A stretch of 64,000 bases of DNA from Botryllus schlosseri (lineage: Eukaryota). The notes below the pieces were generated by a model that worked only from the letters and a program-made list of their open reading frames with translations, was not told where the DNA came from and searched no databases. The stretch spans positions 2,172,001 through 2,236,000 of the forward strand of contig CM119371.1 in NCBI GenBank assembly GCA_051294905.1, written 5' to 3'. The translations under genes and the position numbers were made by a program. Positions 52,052-64,000 of the stretch are shown one piece after another. Position 1 is the stretch's first letter, and each line of letters starts with the position of its first letter.

Positions 52052-55000
52052 ATTGTAGTTGTAATTTGATATTTTCAGCATAGAGTAATTTTAATCATAA
52101 TGTAATTAAAACATGCAATAAAGTAATTGTAATTGAATTGCATTAATGTAATTGATCCAACTCCAGTGGTGGCCCTATATTTAAATTGATACACAGTGTA
52201 GGCCTACTAAAGAAAAGATTTCAGTAGCATAAATCTGCTATTATTGTTTGTTTATTTTGAAAAGATTTTGAGCGTACTTCAAGCCTTCCAAATTGTGGAC
52301 TTCGAGCCATATCTTAGGATTTCTATCCAGACGCAACTTTAACAGTGAAGTTCCGAACATGTCCGGGAAAATCCGGACGTATGGCAATCCGAATGTATAC
52401 CTCAATCCACAATCGCGGCAATACACGTTCTACTGTTCGGGAACATGTCCCATATTCGAAATAACTTGAAAATTTCAGATAATCATCCGTGCGCACTTTT
52501 TTCAACAAAAGTAATGTTATTGTGATGCAACGATGCGTTCAGAAAATATCCACACAGCACTGTGATGATCTAAATCAGTGGTGGCGAAGAAAACGAAGGT
52601 TGAGTAATATTCATAGGCCAAATTATACCCACTCTAGTGGCAAAATGTGCGCAGAGTTTACATGTTTATGTAAAATGTATCGCTATGTAGTTCTTCATAG
52701 AAGCGAAAACGCAATGCAAAACTGTTATATTCAGGGCACACGGAGAATAAAAAGTGACAAAAATATAGTTCTGATATCTGTTTTCGAAGCGCTTTGTCAG
52801 TTTTGGGTCAAACGGTCCCTGAACCCACAGAAACCTGTAATGGGTTTGTATATTGTTGAACCAAATTCCAACGTCACCGTTTATAGTTAAATCTATCTTA
52901 TTCCTCACAACGTATAGTCACTACAGTTTTCACGACTCCGACTCCCATCGCGAGAAAATTGGCCAAACCCCGACTCCGACTTCACAGCCCTGGTTAAAAC
53001 CCTGCCATAATCCCGACTCAAATTATCCCATAATCCATGTTATATCGACTTTATTTTGATTACAGACATAGCATACAACGAACGTAGGCTAACCACGATG
53101 AAATGATGAACGCTAAACAGCCTTCAAATCAAACGCAATTTACATACTACCCATAATTTTAGTACGCATTGAAATATTTAATTACAAATTCCAAGCAACT
53201 TTTCGCCGTCCGTATATTTCGCCCGCGAACCGTCACATGCCAAGGTCTGCTCTAAGATAATCTATAAGCTTTGGGGGAAGCCCTAATTTTCAGTCAGTCA
53301 CAACTACCAAACCAACCACAGTACACAATCAGCACACATTCATTACATTACTTACATTGTGCGTCCGGTTAGTGGTGTTTTAGCTGGTTGCGAATTTTAA
53401 AGGTCATTAGTTCTCGTTGGGGTTGCATTTAAAACAAACGGTGTTTTAAGAAACATTGTCTAAAACATGTTTTATACAGTGTTGTAAACAGAAGTCGATA
53501 GAAATAAAATTGTAGAAAGTTATGCCATAGGTGCGTAAATAGGCTACTTTCCAAAAAACATTGTATGATCCGAAGAACAATTACGACCCAATATAGCCGA
53601 CATATATCGATATTGGATGGTTGGAACTCTAGAAATAGGCGGTTCAACAGCAATAGTACATATATTTCATATTTTCAATTGTGGATGCCAATCCATTATA
53701 ACGTCACAATTGAATATTTGTGAAGTCGCGACTTGAAAAAAAAAACATGCTTTAAACGAGGGCTTTGTTTCCTATATCATGTTTGTTTTAAATTGATTTT
53801 TGTTTAAAATGCAACCCTAGTTTTTGTTATAGTTCTTGTTGTCGGTTTTGAAAGTGAATTTTTCTAAACTTCAAAAATGATTAAATTGGTATTTTCTGTC
53901 GATGCTCATGAATGACAAGATTTTGAACATTTTTACTCTTAAAATCACACTATATGAACATTTATTGTTCGACAATAAAGCGCGAAGTGAGAGGTAAGGC
54001 ACAGGACGGGCCAAGCCTCCTTTATATTAGCGCAATAATTCATCGTAAATAGCTTTGAATCTATAACCGATGTTAATCGAATTAAATTGTCACACTGATC
54101 CCGAAAATCTAGATATTGATTAAACTTCTCAATTCTGAAAGTATTCGACGGTAACGTAACGTTGCGCTATACGCCTACAATTTAGCGGCGGTATAGTAGA
54201 AAGGTACTTTTAGCAATCAAGAACGTCGATATCGCTATGGTACTGTTTGTAAGTTGAATTTGTAAACGTGCATGTCACATGCTTGCACGGCAGTTCATTT
54301 GTCCTAGCAGATCCAGACGAAAGTAAAGTGGGTCATTTTGATTCACAAATGATTTACGACATTACAGAAATTTCTGACTGACTGATACTAAATTTCATAA
54401 AATTTGTTTGACAAACGCATTTCCACGCAGAACGTGCATCACAGGTGAGGATAGTTCTACTAGCAGCCACCCACAGTTCAAGTATGTATTTCCAAGCTTA
54501 CAAAAATCCGGGATAATAATCTCTGTAACTGATATAGTTTCATCAACTTTACTTCTCAATTCTCAAATTCGTCGCCTGCACTACAAGCCTATATTTTGAC
54601 GGCAGTGCAGGCACACAATCTAACAATCACAATTTGGATGGCTAGTTCCTAATTCGGATTCATCAACGTGAACATCACTTCCAAATGAGTTCATTTCACT
54701 CTTGTGATTAGGACAACAATGATGATTTGAAAATTACATCATCACACATTCACACAGGCCGGGTCATGACTGCTCTCCTCTCCAATGAATCAACCTAAAA
54801 CCTAATCCAGCCTTCAAAGCAATATGTGACGAAAAGCGTATTAGCGGGGGATATTGATTGCCTGTATGTATAACAGCAAGTTTGATTTCAATATCCATTT
54901 AGATTATATTGATTGTTTGCTATAGACTAGAATTATATTGCATAGAATTCTAAAATGTGAAGAAATGTCTCGCGGCACCCTTGCGAGACGTGAATGGCAC

Positions 55001-55055
55001 ACTAATTTGACGCGGCACACCGGTTGAAAACCACTGCCTAGGCGTTCCTTTACAC

Positions 55056-56983
55056 CAGTGGTTCCCAACCTTTTTCCACCCACGTACCATTTTGAGGTTT
55101 TATGCGGTGCTCGCGTACCACATATAAGTTACTCGCGTTTCCACCATTTATGACGTCATACTCACGTATTTGGCCTATGCGAGGTGTATTACCAAATTCT
55201 ATTAAACTAGGCCAGGGATGTCAAGCATACAGCCCGTGGGCCGGATCCGGCCCGCCAGACGATTTTATCCGGCCCACATAGCAATTATGAGTACATTGAA
55301 AAAAGATTATATTATCCATCACACCCACATTAATAAACCAAATTACAACGTCCGCGTTGACTGTTAAATATCTTGTATTCATCACAACGCATATACGCAC
55401 GGCTTACGCCAGATTATGACTAACGCAGGGGTGGCCAACCTTTTTGCCATTCACGGCCGCATTCCGACCACTCGTGTAGCCTACGGCCGTATTCCAGGGC
55501 ATAGTCGTAATGAACGAGCTGGACGCCAAATACCCAGGTTAAAGTGTCTATGTACATTTCTGGTGAACTCCGGACTAATCTATTTAATGATAGGCTTACT
55601 ATGCGCACCCAAATCGCGACTGGTCACTGGTAATGTTAAGGATGGAAGTGCTCATAGTCGCGCAAAGCGCGAAAAAAATTCAGATTCACCACTGAATTTC
55701 GTCATTGATATTAGTAGTTTTACATATTACCATAAAACATTTATCCTTTCTCATCCCGTATGATCAGATTCACTGGTATAGAGTTGATATAGGGGTGTTT
55801 TCGAAAATTTAAAGCAAGTTATAAATTATGATGCATCCTCGGGTGGGCCAATTGGTATAAGTCACTTTGTAGCATGCTGTTATTTCTTGACCTCCCATCA
55901 GGATTGTTGGTATAGTGAGGAGCACACGATTCCGAGCTGATATTTCCATGTGAGGCGCATCATTTTCACTGATGTTTGCGTCTGTATTGGGGGGCTCTGA
56001 TTGCAAATGGCGCTGCTATATTAAAATCGAAAAACGTAGTTGCATTGAATCGCGCGCAGCGCGAATAAAATTTCAAGATTAATTAAAATCTTTCAAGAAA
56101 TCGGGATTCAATTCGTAAATTCGAATTGCATGTCGACGGCCGCCAACACATACTAATTGAATTCCGTGTCTACGGCCGCACAAATTCTCTCTTACGGTCG
56201 CAGGTTGGCCACCCCTGGACTAAAGCAAAGGGAACACTGAAATATGACTACTTGTATCGCCGGTAATGCCATTGTTTTATTGGTTCTTAACTGTATTCAA
56301 CCGGACAAACATCGTATTTTCGACAATTTCATTGCTCGCAAATAATGGTGTTGCGACTCGCTAGAATGAAACCCCGACGGTCCGTGTATTATCTATATAT
56401 GCTTGATAAAAGTATTCCAGCGAGAAGCAATGGCACGAGGCAACATTTTGAATTCCGTTGACTGGTCCGGCAAGCGAGCGATTTCATGACTTCGATCCGA
56501 CCCGCGATGCAATTAGAGTTTGACACCTCTGAACTAGGCATTATCAGCCAGGGTTAATGGGATGTATGGAATTGTTATTTTCACCACCAGTCACAAGAAG
56601 AACAACATAATGAAATAAAAACACACAACAAAAGTCAATTTATTCAATGCGATGGCTGCATTTGTTTATTTTCCACTAGCTTGTCGATGCGTGACATACG
56701 TTTGCTTACAGCGCATCGAAAGTCATGTATGGGCGCAACAAGTCGGTTTCGTTTCTTCGACTTGATAGTCATCAGGGATGAAAATCCTTGCTCGCATTCC
56801 CACGTATAAGGGGAAATTAGCAGCTGGGGAATAGCGTGAGACGACGGCTTCAAAAAACTCAAAATCAACCTCACCTGAACTAATTACTCCCTTCGGTCGA
56901 AAAAAGCAGAATCTACTCGCGTACCACCTGGAAGACCTTCGCGTACCACCAGTGGTACGCGTACCACAGGTTGGGAACCACTG
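55056..56983 (-). mobile_element. Deleted Buster/Charlie-type hAT element with two further hAT MITEs nested inside (55213-56531 and 55426-56217)
   Basis: TSDs ctttacac/ctttacac, aactaggc/aactaggc and gactaacg/gactaaag. TIRs cagtggttcccaacc, cagggatgtcaa and caggggtggccaacc. Confidence 0.88.
56644..56835 (-). pseudogene. Buster-type hAT transposase C-terminal (dimerisation) remnant
   Basis: CEQGFSSLMTIKSKKRNRL...R...S...IDKLVENKQMQPSH. Confidence 0.85.
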
Positions 56984-58500
56984 CTTTACACTTTCAATCG
57001 ACACAAACAGACCGTCTAAATTCGCTGTTACAATTGTTATGCCAAGTGGGCCAAGGACTTGGATCGCACATTCACTGCTGTGTGCGTCGTTACTAGTTTC
57101 TTCACATTTCGAAAACACCCCGGTTATCCGGTTGTGAGATGTTCTCCTAATAGTGAACTACCGGTAATCGGCGGAATTTGGTACCATCTTTGGCCGTGAC
57201 AATTGCGATTCCGATGTGTTTGGTATTTACTAGGCACAACACTGATTCCTGATCACATAGCGATTTTTTTTACAAGTGCGAGTTAATGAATGAACACTAT
57301 TTTCAAAACATACTATATTCTGATGACAAATTCATATGGTCGCAAATTAAATGTGGAACTGGACAGATTTTCTCGCAACTATTTGTCGGTGAATTTTTGG
57401 CGCTCATTGTCCATTATTGCTCACCCTCTCACTCACATCTGACACATCCGACACCATTACATAATCAAACTGATCGGTTGTATCAAATTTGATCGCGCGA
57501 GAAAACATAATCAGCATGGATCAACCAAACCCCCGACTTTCGACGAATCGGTACATTGGTGATTGTAATGTAATCCTTGGCGATATTACTGAATTTGGTT
57601 TGGTATAAGTGACGAATAATTCGATACCATGCAGCCGAAAAAGGCGCCTTTCTATATATTGTTTGTGGAAGAGACCAAATAGGAAGAAAAAATTATTGTG
57701 GTAAGCCGGGCCAAAAGTTTAAACTTATTCTGTGGCGTATTAATTCTGGTTCTAAATTTCGGGCAGTAAAGGATATCTTTACTCGAGATGCTAAGCAATA
57801 TTTCCCTCTAAGCTGCGCACTTGCGCAATAACGCAGTGCTGACACATTCTCTGAGCACAGAAAATCTAAGCTGCGCACAAAAAATCCGAAGTGATGATCA
57901 TTTTTTCAGTCGTTACGCACTGCTGTCCAAGGACCGCGCAGTGAGTTGGTGAGTGCACGCAGACTTGTTAAAACTTAGAGGGAACACTGCTGCTAAGTGA
58001 ATATGTAAATAGCATAATAATATTTTCATATCAATTACTGGGTACATGACTGTTTAGTGTTTATTCACAACAAAACTCACTGATCATGTAAGAATGCTAA
58101 GGTTGAAACTGAACAATACAATAATCAGACAGCAATGCCGAAGCTGGAAGTTGGAATCAGCATTCACTCAAGTTTATTAATCAAAGTTTATGTAGACTAA
58201 GGGCGAAGGTTACGGAAGCTAGTTCATCTAGGTTAGTTATGATCGTCTAATAAAAAACTTTTAATATTGGCTAATAAACTTTGATATTGTGTCGACCGAT
58301 AAATGAACATTTGCATAATATCTACTCCGAAGAGTTAATCAAGCCAATGTGACGTCTACCAGCGTCACATATTGCGCACAATTAGCCAGTTTTCGCCGCC
58401 CGGCAATTAAATTAGGTCAGTCGTCATACAGGCGTTCGTTGATTAAATCTGAATTAGTCTTTTTGGGATAACGGCTGATGTCTATGGCAAGCCGCTATTT

Positions 58501-58762
58501 GGAGAGAGAGAGATATGATATTCTTTTTCGCCTACAACATCGAGATGCTTTGACGACGGAGTTGCGATACGGCCCCATGAGGTCATCTAGTCTGCGCCCC
58601 CGTTTTTTTTCTCCTCCATGCTATCCGTGATTGCTGAGCGCCTAGCAGGATAGCTGCGGATACCAATTTTCGAGTCTTTGGTATGACCCGGCCGGGGATC
58701 GAACCCACGACCTACCGCTCGAGAAGCCGGACGCATAACCATGACACTATCTCGCTCGGTAG
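58501..58762 (-). mobile_element. tRNA-derived SINE with a Meta-like central domain and (tc)n tail
   Basis: Minus strand shows A box tagtgtcatgg and B box ggttcgatccc, then ccgggtcataccaaagact...cctgctaggcgctcagca, then cagactagatgacctcatgg and a (tc)n end. Confidence 0.75.
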
Positions 58763-59073
58763 CTAATCTTCGAAGTAATACCTTAAGCTATCGCTGTCGG
58801 GTTCATGATATCTATGGAAATGCTCCTGATATACTCATATATTATGTATGTTCATAGTTCACTGAGCAGGATGCTACTATATCGTTCCCATCGATATGAT
58901 TTTGAAAATTGCTATGGTTCCAGCAATAGGCCTAACCGATGCGAAATTATAACCCCGAATGGATTGCTACGAAAAGATGTGAATATTGCACCATATCAAA
59001 ATGAGATAAATTCCAGATTAACACATAATATAGTTTTCCTACGAAATGAATCATTTGAAAAAGTATGACTCAC

Positions 59074-62000
59074 TCGTATTCGATTTTCCAGACACCTTGC
59101 AATGATGCTGAAAATCTTGTCGTCGATACGACAGTACTCTAAATTCAAAGAACGAAGGCTTTGATTCCTTGCTGCAAGCGATCCAACGATGTGAGCTTCA
59201 TCGCGATTCAATGAGATGTTAGATGCGTTGATGTCGGAAAGACCTTTCAGAAGATTATCGTCGCCCGATTCGTAGATTGCTGTATAGAGTTCCATGCGAA
59301 CGTATCTGTCTTTGATTTCAGTCTTATCATGAAGTTGGGAACGGATCGATTGAAATAAAACTTGTTGCTTCTGTGTTTGTTTCGAGACTGTCAAGCAATA
59401 CACAATGTCGTTGTACCGGTATTCGTAATGTATCTTTCCCTATGGTTTACGTAACAATCGAATAATTCACGCGACTGTGATGAGGCAGGGTTCAGATGGA
59501 GTCATTGAGCTCTGATGTCTAGTTCACAATAACAAGAGCATTTCATGCGCATCAATATCACATGTTCGACTAAGATCGGGTCCAGAATTCATACCTAAGT
59601 GTTGGGGGTTTATTTAGGCTCACCCTCCGGAAGCTGTGTCTTTCAAAAAGCTTAGAAGTGGGCCGTGCTACAAGTCGGCGGATGCGAAATCAAAAATGCA
59701 AAAAATCGGCCTGGTGTAAATGACACATTTAGTCGACAGACACCGTAAATACCCGAAACAAACAAACAAACAATGTCACATAATGACCATCGATGGGCCC
59801 TGGTAGCGCTCACGTTCAATATAATTTGCAAACTTATGCAGAATTCAGATATATAAGTTTTATTTAGCCGACTGAATGTAGACTTATTTACCAGCCGTGT
59901 ATAAATTTAAGATCTTTCGACTATTTTACCCCTTCGAATGTGAGAATACCATCAACGTCATGATAAACCATAAGCGACACATAATAATCAATCGGTGCTG
60001 CGGCAGAATAGCTGCGGAAAACCATGATTACTCACCGCTGTGAAGATCGTTATTAGATTTCATGTAAACGATGCCTGTAACGAATCTTCGAACCACGGAC
60101 CATCGTTTCTCGTGTAGATGTTGGCCATCAAAGCGAGAGAACATTTCGAGCTCCATTTCCGAGATATAACTAGCTGCCAGAAATTCCTGCATGCTTTGAT
60201 GACAGAAGAAAAATGTGAAGTCGCCTTCCATCAAGTGACGGCTGAGGATGTTGTTGCCAGGCACTTTCGTCATCAAATCCTGCACTTCGTCAGCGGAAAG
60301 TTTAAAACGACCCAAATCTGCTTTGTAGAATACGACTCGCCCCTCTTTCATGCCTTCAAACGCCATTGCTTTCAATTTCTGGATAATCGAGAGGATTTGC
60401 TTTCTGTTTCGGATGTTTTCCACACTCCGTAAGACTAACAGGATCTTGCTGTACAGTTCTGTCACGGTAGACGGAGGAGGTCTATCTGGATCAATTCCCA
60501 TCACCACTGCTATCAAAATCAGGAAAACCGGGACCGATACTAGTTGTAATAATCGCGGTGACATGATTTCGATCTTCTCCCAGAGATGCTTCCCGTTGTC
60601 ACAGAGGAGACACGTGAACAGTTTATAAGCATCTTGTGGAGTGAGACCATTGAGTGTGATTATTTCTTCAGGGCGTGCTTGCGCCGGTAATTCGGATACT
60701 TTGAATTCACGTGACGAGACGATGATCCTGACGTGACGAAGGATCTTGCGGGATAAGATATTGTACATGATGGTCGCAGAGTTCGCTTCCTGATACGGTT
60801 TTATATTTCGGACGCTACACTCCTCAAAATCCCACTTCATTTGATCAAGCCCGTCAAAAATGATAACTGCATCACTTTGATTCTCGACCAGCCATTCGAA
60901 AGCTTCATCTTCTTCAGATCTATTTTTGAAGAGGCCGTCGAATAGAAACTTTGAGGGTTTGATGCCGTTCTCTTCTCCCATGTTCTTCAATTCAATGTAA
61001 TGTATAATTTTTCGTTTGTGTTCATCATTTTCATTCACAGAGTAAATTCTAAGGGCTCTTTGAGCAATTCTACGCATGAGAGTAGTTTTTCCAGATCCTG
61101 CAGAAGCGACGATAGCAGTGTAACCAACTTTACCGTCTGGAGGTAATTTCTCAGAGTTCGACATCGATCTCATTATCTCTTCCATTGTTATCAGTTCCCC
61201 ATCTTTGTCGGGTCGATGGTAAAACCCGAATTCCTCTATCAACTGACTTTGAAAATCTTTTCTTCTAGATCCACGAACAGTTTCGTCAGTTGAAGATTTT
61301 TTCTCGGGAAAACAGCCTTTGTAGTAGTCAACAACATTGACTTTCTTCATCTGCGGGAAAACCTCGAAGTCAGGTTCGTGAAGAAATTCATTCTTGAAGT
61401 CTTCACGAATTCCACATGCCGTTTCCTCACGAGTATTGTCGTTTATAACCTCTATCAATTTCTTGTAATTAACGCCTGCAGAAAATTTGATTAAATTAGA
61501 AAAAATATCAAAACTGGCACGTCATCTCGCTAATAAGAAATTACTACAAATGGTATTTTCTTACACTACGACACTGTCCTCAAACTTAATTGTTGTGGTT
61601 ACATCAGTATAACGGCCGCTTTAAACGAGCCAGAGATTGAGTGTTGTTCAATGTAACCTAAAACAGTTACGATATTCCTCCGAAATCTAATCCTGGCTAC
61701 GCTTATGAACTTGATTGCTATCTTCTCGCCCACCATTATCACCAATGAATCATCACAAATATCTACCTAACCCTGTAGTAGACCAGTCTCCCTTAACGCT
61801 ATAAGATTCCTGCTGCATGTTTTTCCAAGAAAACTGAGCCGCTGTCCGCAATGTAGTTGTTGTTGTTGTTGCCGATATGGTTGGTCGAGTTATTAAATTG
61901 TGACGTTGCAACCTTGACAGCGGCTTAACTGAAGGTCACGGAATGGTAGTAGGACGTTCATTGATTGCGTATCAATTGGTTTGTAGATCAACATTTCGTG

Positions 62001-63954
62001 GCCCTGGAGCATTTGCCATGTCTTCAGAAACCGAAATTAAAATGTGAAAATGAATGCCGCGACGCGGGCAGAGATCCGGCGCGACTACTAATTAAACACG
62101 GTGTAGTGCGTGAGCCTGATATCATAGAAATGTTGAAACAAGCAAATTGGAGGGACCTTGATACAATTGGCGATGCAGGACCGTAACTGCACTTCGTCAG
62201 CCCCCCCCCCCCACCTCCCCCGAAACATCGTTGGTATTAGGCCCTCCTTATAGTGATATCCCCGAATTTTGGGGACGCAGTCCATCCGGCTGTACATTTG
62301 AGGCGCTATTTATCAGCAAGTTCTGTGGACTGTTTGGTAAGTCGCAGCTTCAGTCGTCTAGACTCATGAAAGGCGAAAAAAATTTATAATTCATTATTGA
62401 ATCGGTCAATATGATTGGGAATTGCATACATATATTGTTATCAATTTTTTATTTCCTCCCTGCTCAAGTAATCAGATTTACTGGTAGAGCTGAGTAAGGT
62501 GACTAGAAAAATGTAGGGGTCGTTAATAATGCTAAAACAACTTCGGACAGACCCGTTACTATAATAACTTCATTGCATGATGTTATTCCGTGACCTCCTG
62601 TCTGCTGTCATAAGATGCTGGCAAATAATTGTTCCCTGCGGGATGTCATTTGTCATGTAGGATTCAAATTGCTTGGACAGGAACATTCGGCGCTATTCAT
62701 TTGGCGGCTATATGGACAATCAGACGAAGTTTTTTCAAAGTTTTTGGTCAGCATAGAGGCAGTCATTTTCGGCCAAGGATTTCTCGCTGGCGATCGTTCT
62801 GGCGCACTTCTCGGAGTCGCATGTGACATGGCCTAAAAACACATATGTCTTGATGTATTAATTTGTTGTTTTCCTGAAAATCTCTCTTTTCCGCGGCATT
62901 TCGCAGCGAGTTACCAATAATATCCGCCTCACACAGGGAAATCCGGCGCCAAGCAGTCAATGCATTATTCCCATACACCGTATAGTCATAGTAGTTATTG
63001 TGACGAATAATAGCCATGCAGGCACAGTAGCGAGTAGTCTGCAAACAACATTCTAGTTTCGATCACAAGCGGAACAGCAGCAAAGGAAAAGAGATAGTTA
63101 ACACTATGGCTTGTTCATATTCATGCCCTTGCTTACATCAAAAAAAAGAGGATGATTGCTTTAGATCAAACAAATGAAAATATATTAGAGGATGAAGTGG
63201 AAAGAGATCGAAGCAGAGCGTGAGAGCATGGACTGTGATGTTTGGAAATACTGGAAAAGAGAAAACCGTTTTCCTCATATTAAGGCATCTGCTCAAGAAC
63301 TCGCAGGCATTCTAATTCTAATCTAATTTGGAAAAACTGTGTTGCTCTAATTCTAATCCTAATCTAATTTTGAAAAAACTGTGTAGCTATAACATATGTG
63401 TTGTATCAGCATACTGATACTACAGAAGCCAGAACACTAATGAAATCTTCATGACTTCTAGGCCTGGCCAAACTTCTCCACATATTTTGAACTTCATTGA
63501 AAAGGTTCCTTCAGCAGACCATTCTCCCAAATTTACAAACCGTATTGAATGAAAGAGCATTATACTCACTTTGAAACCCAGAAGATGTTTTTCCTTCAGC
63601 GCTGTTAATGTTGTAGACGAGCTTGTTTACATTGATTTGATCTCTGGCCACGACGTTAACAGGGCTCTTTATGAATTTCAGATTGACATTTTCTCCCTCT
63701 GCCAAAGTTGCGGATCCTAAGAAATACATTATTATTGTACTGCCTGCCAGGTTCCATATAATTTATTCCCTTATAACAAAATAATATGGATTCTATTTAA
63801 ATAACTTCACAACTGTTTCAGATGGATAATATTATCATGTATTATAAAAAGTGTGAGCTCAAATACTAGGCTACTTACCGCTTATTCCGGGGGCCATTGA
63901 TATAGGCTTGACATAAGCAACACCATAATCGTTATCTTTACCCCCTTCTGCCAT
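59074..63954 (-). CDS. NACHT-LRR (NLR) immune receptor, 5' exons: 63954-63879, 63716-63570, 61475-60036 (NACHT), 59387-59074 (first LRR)
   Basis: Start accATGGcagaaggg (MAEGG). Walker A ASAGSGKTT, Walker B VIIFDGLDQ, sensor-1 IIVSSR, winged-helix FCHQSMQEFLAA and LRR SLRSLNLEYCRIDD. The splice phases (1,1,1,0) are compatible. Confidence 0.82.
63180..63315 (+). pseudogene. hAT dimerisation-domain remnant in NLR intron 2
   Basis: DCDVWKYWKRENRFPHIKASAQELAGI fits the D...Wk....FP.l...A...l.I pattern. Confidence 0.55.
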
Positions 63955-64000
63955 GGTAGGCTACTGATAACGTGGTACTAATTAGCTACTTATATGACAA

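Noticed and set aside
58690..58762. tRNA gene
   Set aside because: It has A and B boxes but no proper cloverleaf, and it continues into a SINE body and tail.
59890..59965. Additional NLR exon between the NACHT and first LRR exons
   Set aside because: It contains an in-frame stop and has no clear acceptor, and the NACHT exon already splices in phase to 59387.

Overview
Repeat-rich eukaryotic DNA with spliceosomal introns, probably from a marine invertebrate (tunicate-like; inferred, not proven). The centrepiece is a 14.6-kb P-superfamily DNA transposon (21830-36386) with ~240-bp terminal inverted repeats (TIRs) and a 7-bp target-site duplication (TSD) gtcaaat. It carries two convergent genes. 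Gene 1 is a 15-exon THAP-DDE transposase (~766 aa reconstructed by hand) that stops ~50 aa after the last catalytic Glu and lacks the usual P C-terminal domain. Gene 2 is an intronless opposite-strand ORF (35111-36106) that encodes that missing YIAGY-type C-terminal domain, so the transposase appears split into two genes. The element has collected nested insertions: a LINE/SINE tail in the THAP exon, a 3.2-kb foldback element in intron 11, an intact young CsRn1-clade Gypsy LTR retrotransposon, and two nested hAT MITEs. The right third holds a minus-strand NACHT-LRR (NLR) gene whose introns are full of MITEs and a tRNA-derived SINE. The left third holds a 64-bp tandem array, a 1.7-kb palindrome, older local duplications and an apparently identical 2.65-kb tandem duplication. 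All alignments and splice models were made by eye.
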